From: a bacterium
GTDB taxonomy: Bacteria; DUMJ01
Assembly (NCBI GenBank): GCA_049970495.1
Contig: JBMFMV010000040.1
Location: forward strand, 1-17,422
Direction: 5' to 3'
DNA length: 17,422 nucleotides
The notes beneath the pieces are model-generated. The model ran no database searches, was not told the origin of the DNA, and saw only the letters and a program-made list of their open reading frames with translations. This document shows positions 16,591 through 17,422 of the stretch, in pieces (position 1 is the first letter of the stretch; the number at the start of each line of letters is the position of its first letter). The position numbers and the translations under genes were made by a program.

Positions 16591-17421
16591 AAGAAGTATC
16601 ATACCTGCCAATATATAAAGGGCGCTACTTACAAGAAGAATAGATGTAAATCCGGTATAGATTGCTACTATAGTAGATAGAAATGAGCTCAAAACAGAGG
16701 CGATTCCATTTATAGCCCAACACCAAGGAATAGCATCAATTGAATAGTTCCTTAGTTTTTCTAAAGCTAGAGGAAATGGCATTCCCATAAGAAATCCTAG
16801 GGGACCTATTGTAATAGTAGATATAATTACCCTAAAGTAGAAAGGATATTTCAAGGAGAATTCAAAGATAAAAGGCAGAGTTAGAGAAAGGACTAAAAGA
16901 AAGACTCCTAAAATAAAAGGAATAGGCCATTTGGCTAATCTAAGAGAAAATATACTTCCAAAACCAGAAGACACTAGTAAAATAGCTAGGATTATAGAAA
17001 ACGAAAAGGTTGGCTTTCCAAGATAGAGTATAAACTTCTGGATTATCGGAATCTCTACAAAAAGATACGCTAATCCTATGGCAAAGAAATAGAAAGATAG
17101 GTTATAAGTTTTATAGAATTTGAGAAGGATCTCCTTTCTTAAGGTAAATGGCAGCATAACTACAAGAATTGAAAGGATTATGATTAGGAAGATTGCACCA
17201 ATTATAATGATATAACCTGCTCCTCCAAATGGCTGCCAAGTTCGTCCCCAATTCTTTATTATTATAGGAAGCTGGTCCTTTTTAAAGAAATGGAAGAAAA
17301 ATGGTTTATCATCCCTAGGCGGATCAATTCGAAAAGGATAGTTCTTTTGAAAATCCCTATCGTTCAATATTTTTTGAAAATATTCAAAGTATATATCCTC
17401 AGGTAAGACGTTAAATCTATT
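16552..17421 (-). CDS. C-terminal membrane domain of a large spermidine-synthase-like / SAM-dependent methyltransferase membrane protein (5' truncated by window)
   Basis: The frame is open to the window edge (NRFNVLPEDIYFEYFQKIL precedes the called TTG). Motifs PPRDDKPFFFHF, FFAIGLAYLFVEI, GFLMGMPFP and PWCWAINGIASV are typical of this family. About 7 TM segments. Confidence 0.7.
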   Translation of the reverse strand, partial: NRFNVLPEDIYFEYFQKILNDRDFQKNYPFRIDPPRDDKPFFFHFFKKDQLPIIIKNWGRTWQPFGGAGYIIIIGAIFLIIILSILVVMLPFTLRKEILLKFYKTYNLSFYFFAIGLAYLFVEIPIIQKFILYLGKPTFSFSIILAILLVSSGFGSIFSLRLAKWPIPFILGVFLLVLSLTLPFIFEFSLKYPFYFRVIISTITIGPLGFLMGMPFPLALEKLRNYSIDAIPWCWAINGIASVLSSFLSTIVAIYTGFTSILLVSSALYILAGMILLSSPNKRDKKHIA

Positions 17422-17422
17422 T

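Noticed and set aside
17365..17367. TTG start of the last ORF as given by the ORF track
   Set aside because: The frame stays open to the window edge, so the real start lies outside the window.

Overview
AT-rich bacterial chromosomal window, densely coded and mostly housekeeping, with a Thermotoga-like thermophilic anaerobe character; the taxon cannot be established from the sequence. In order it contains: a class II (adenosylcobalamin) ribonucleotide reductase interrupted at its thiyl-radical Cys by a 394-aa LAGLIDADG intein; a minus-strand EamA-MFS-DUF355 (adenosine-specific kinase family) cluster; an orphan hypC; an MGDG-synthase/UgtP-like glycosyltransferase paired with a membrane-anchored NodB deacetylase fused to a YkoP-like domain; a four-subunit pyruvate/2-oxoacid:ferredoxin oxidoreductase operon (gamma-delta-alpha-beta); a divergent four-gene operon (DUF2089 Zn-ribbon/HTH, DUF4097 beta-repeat, membrane protein, YvlB-like protein); thrS lacking the TGS domain; a pcm (PIMT) with an N-terminal hydrophobic segment; and the 3' end of a spermidine-synthase-like membrane protein. 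The best candidate for an under-described system is the four-gene operon. All four products carry the same SHOCT-like bihelical motif, which suggests an envelope-stress signalling circuit. Next are the glycosyltransferase/deacetylase-YkoP pair (possible amino-glycolipid pathway) and a T-box-like structured leader behind a consensus promoter at the left edge. No CRISPR array, tRNA, rRNA or IS element was seen.
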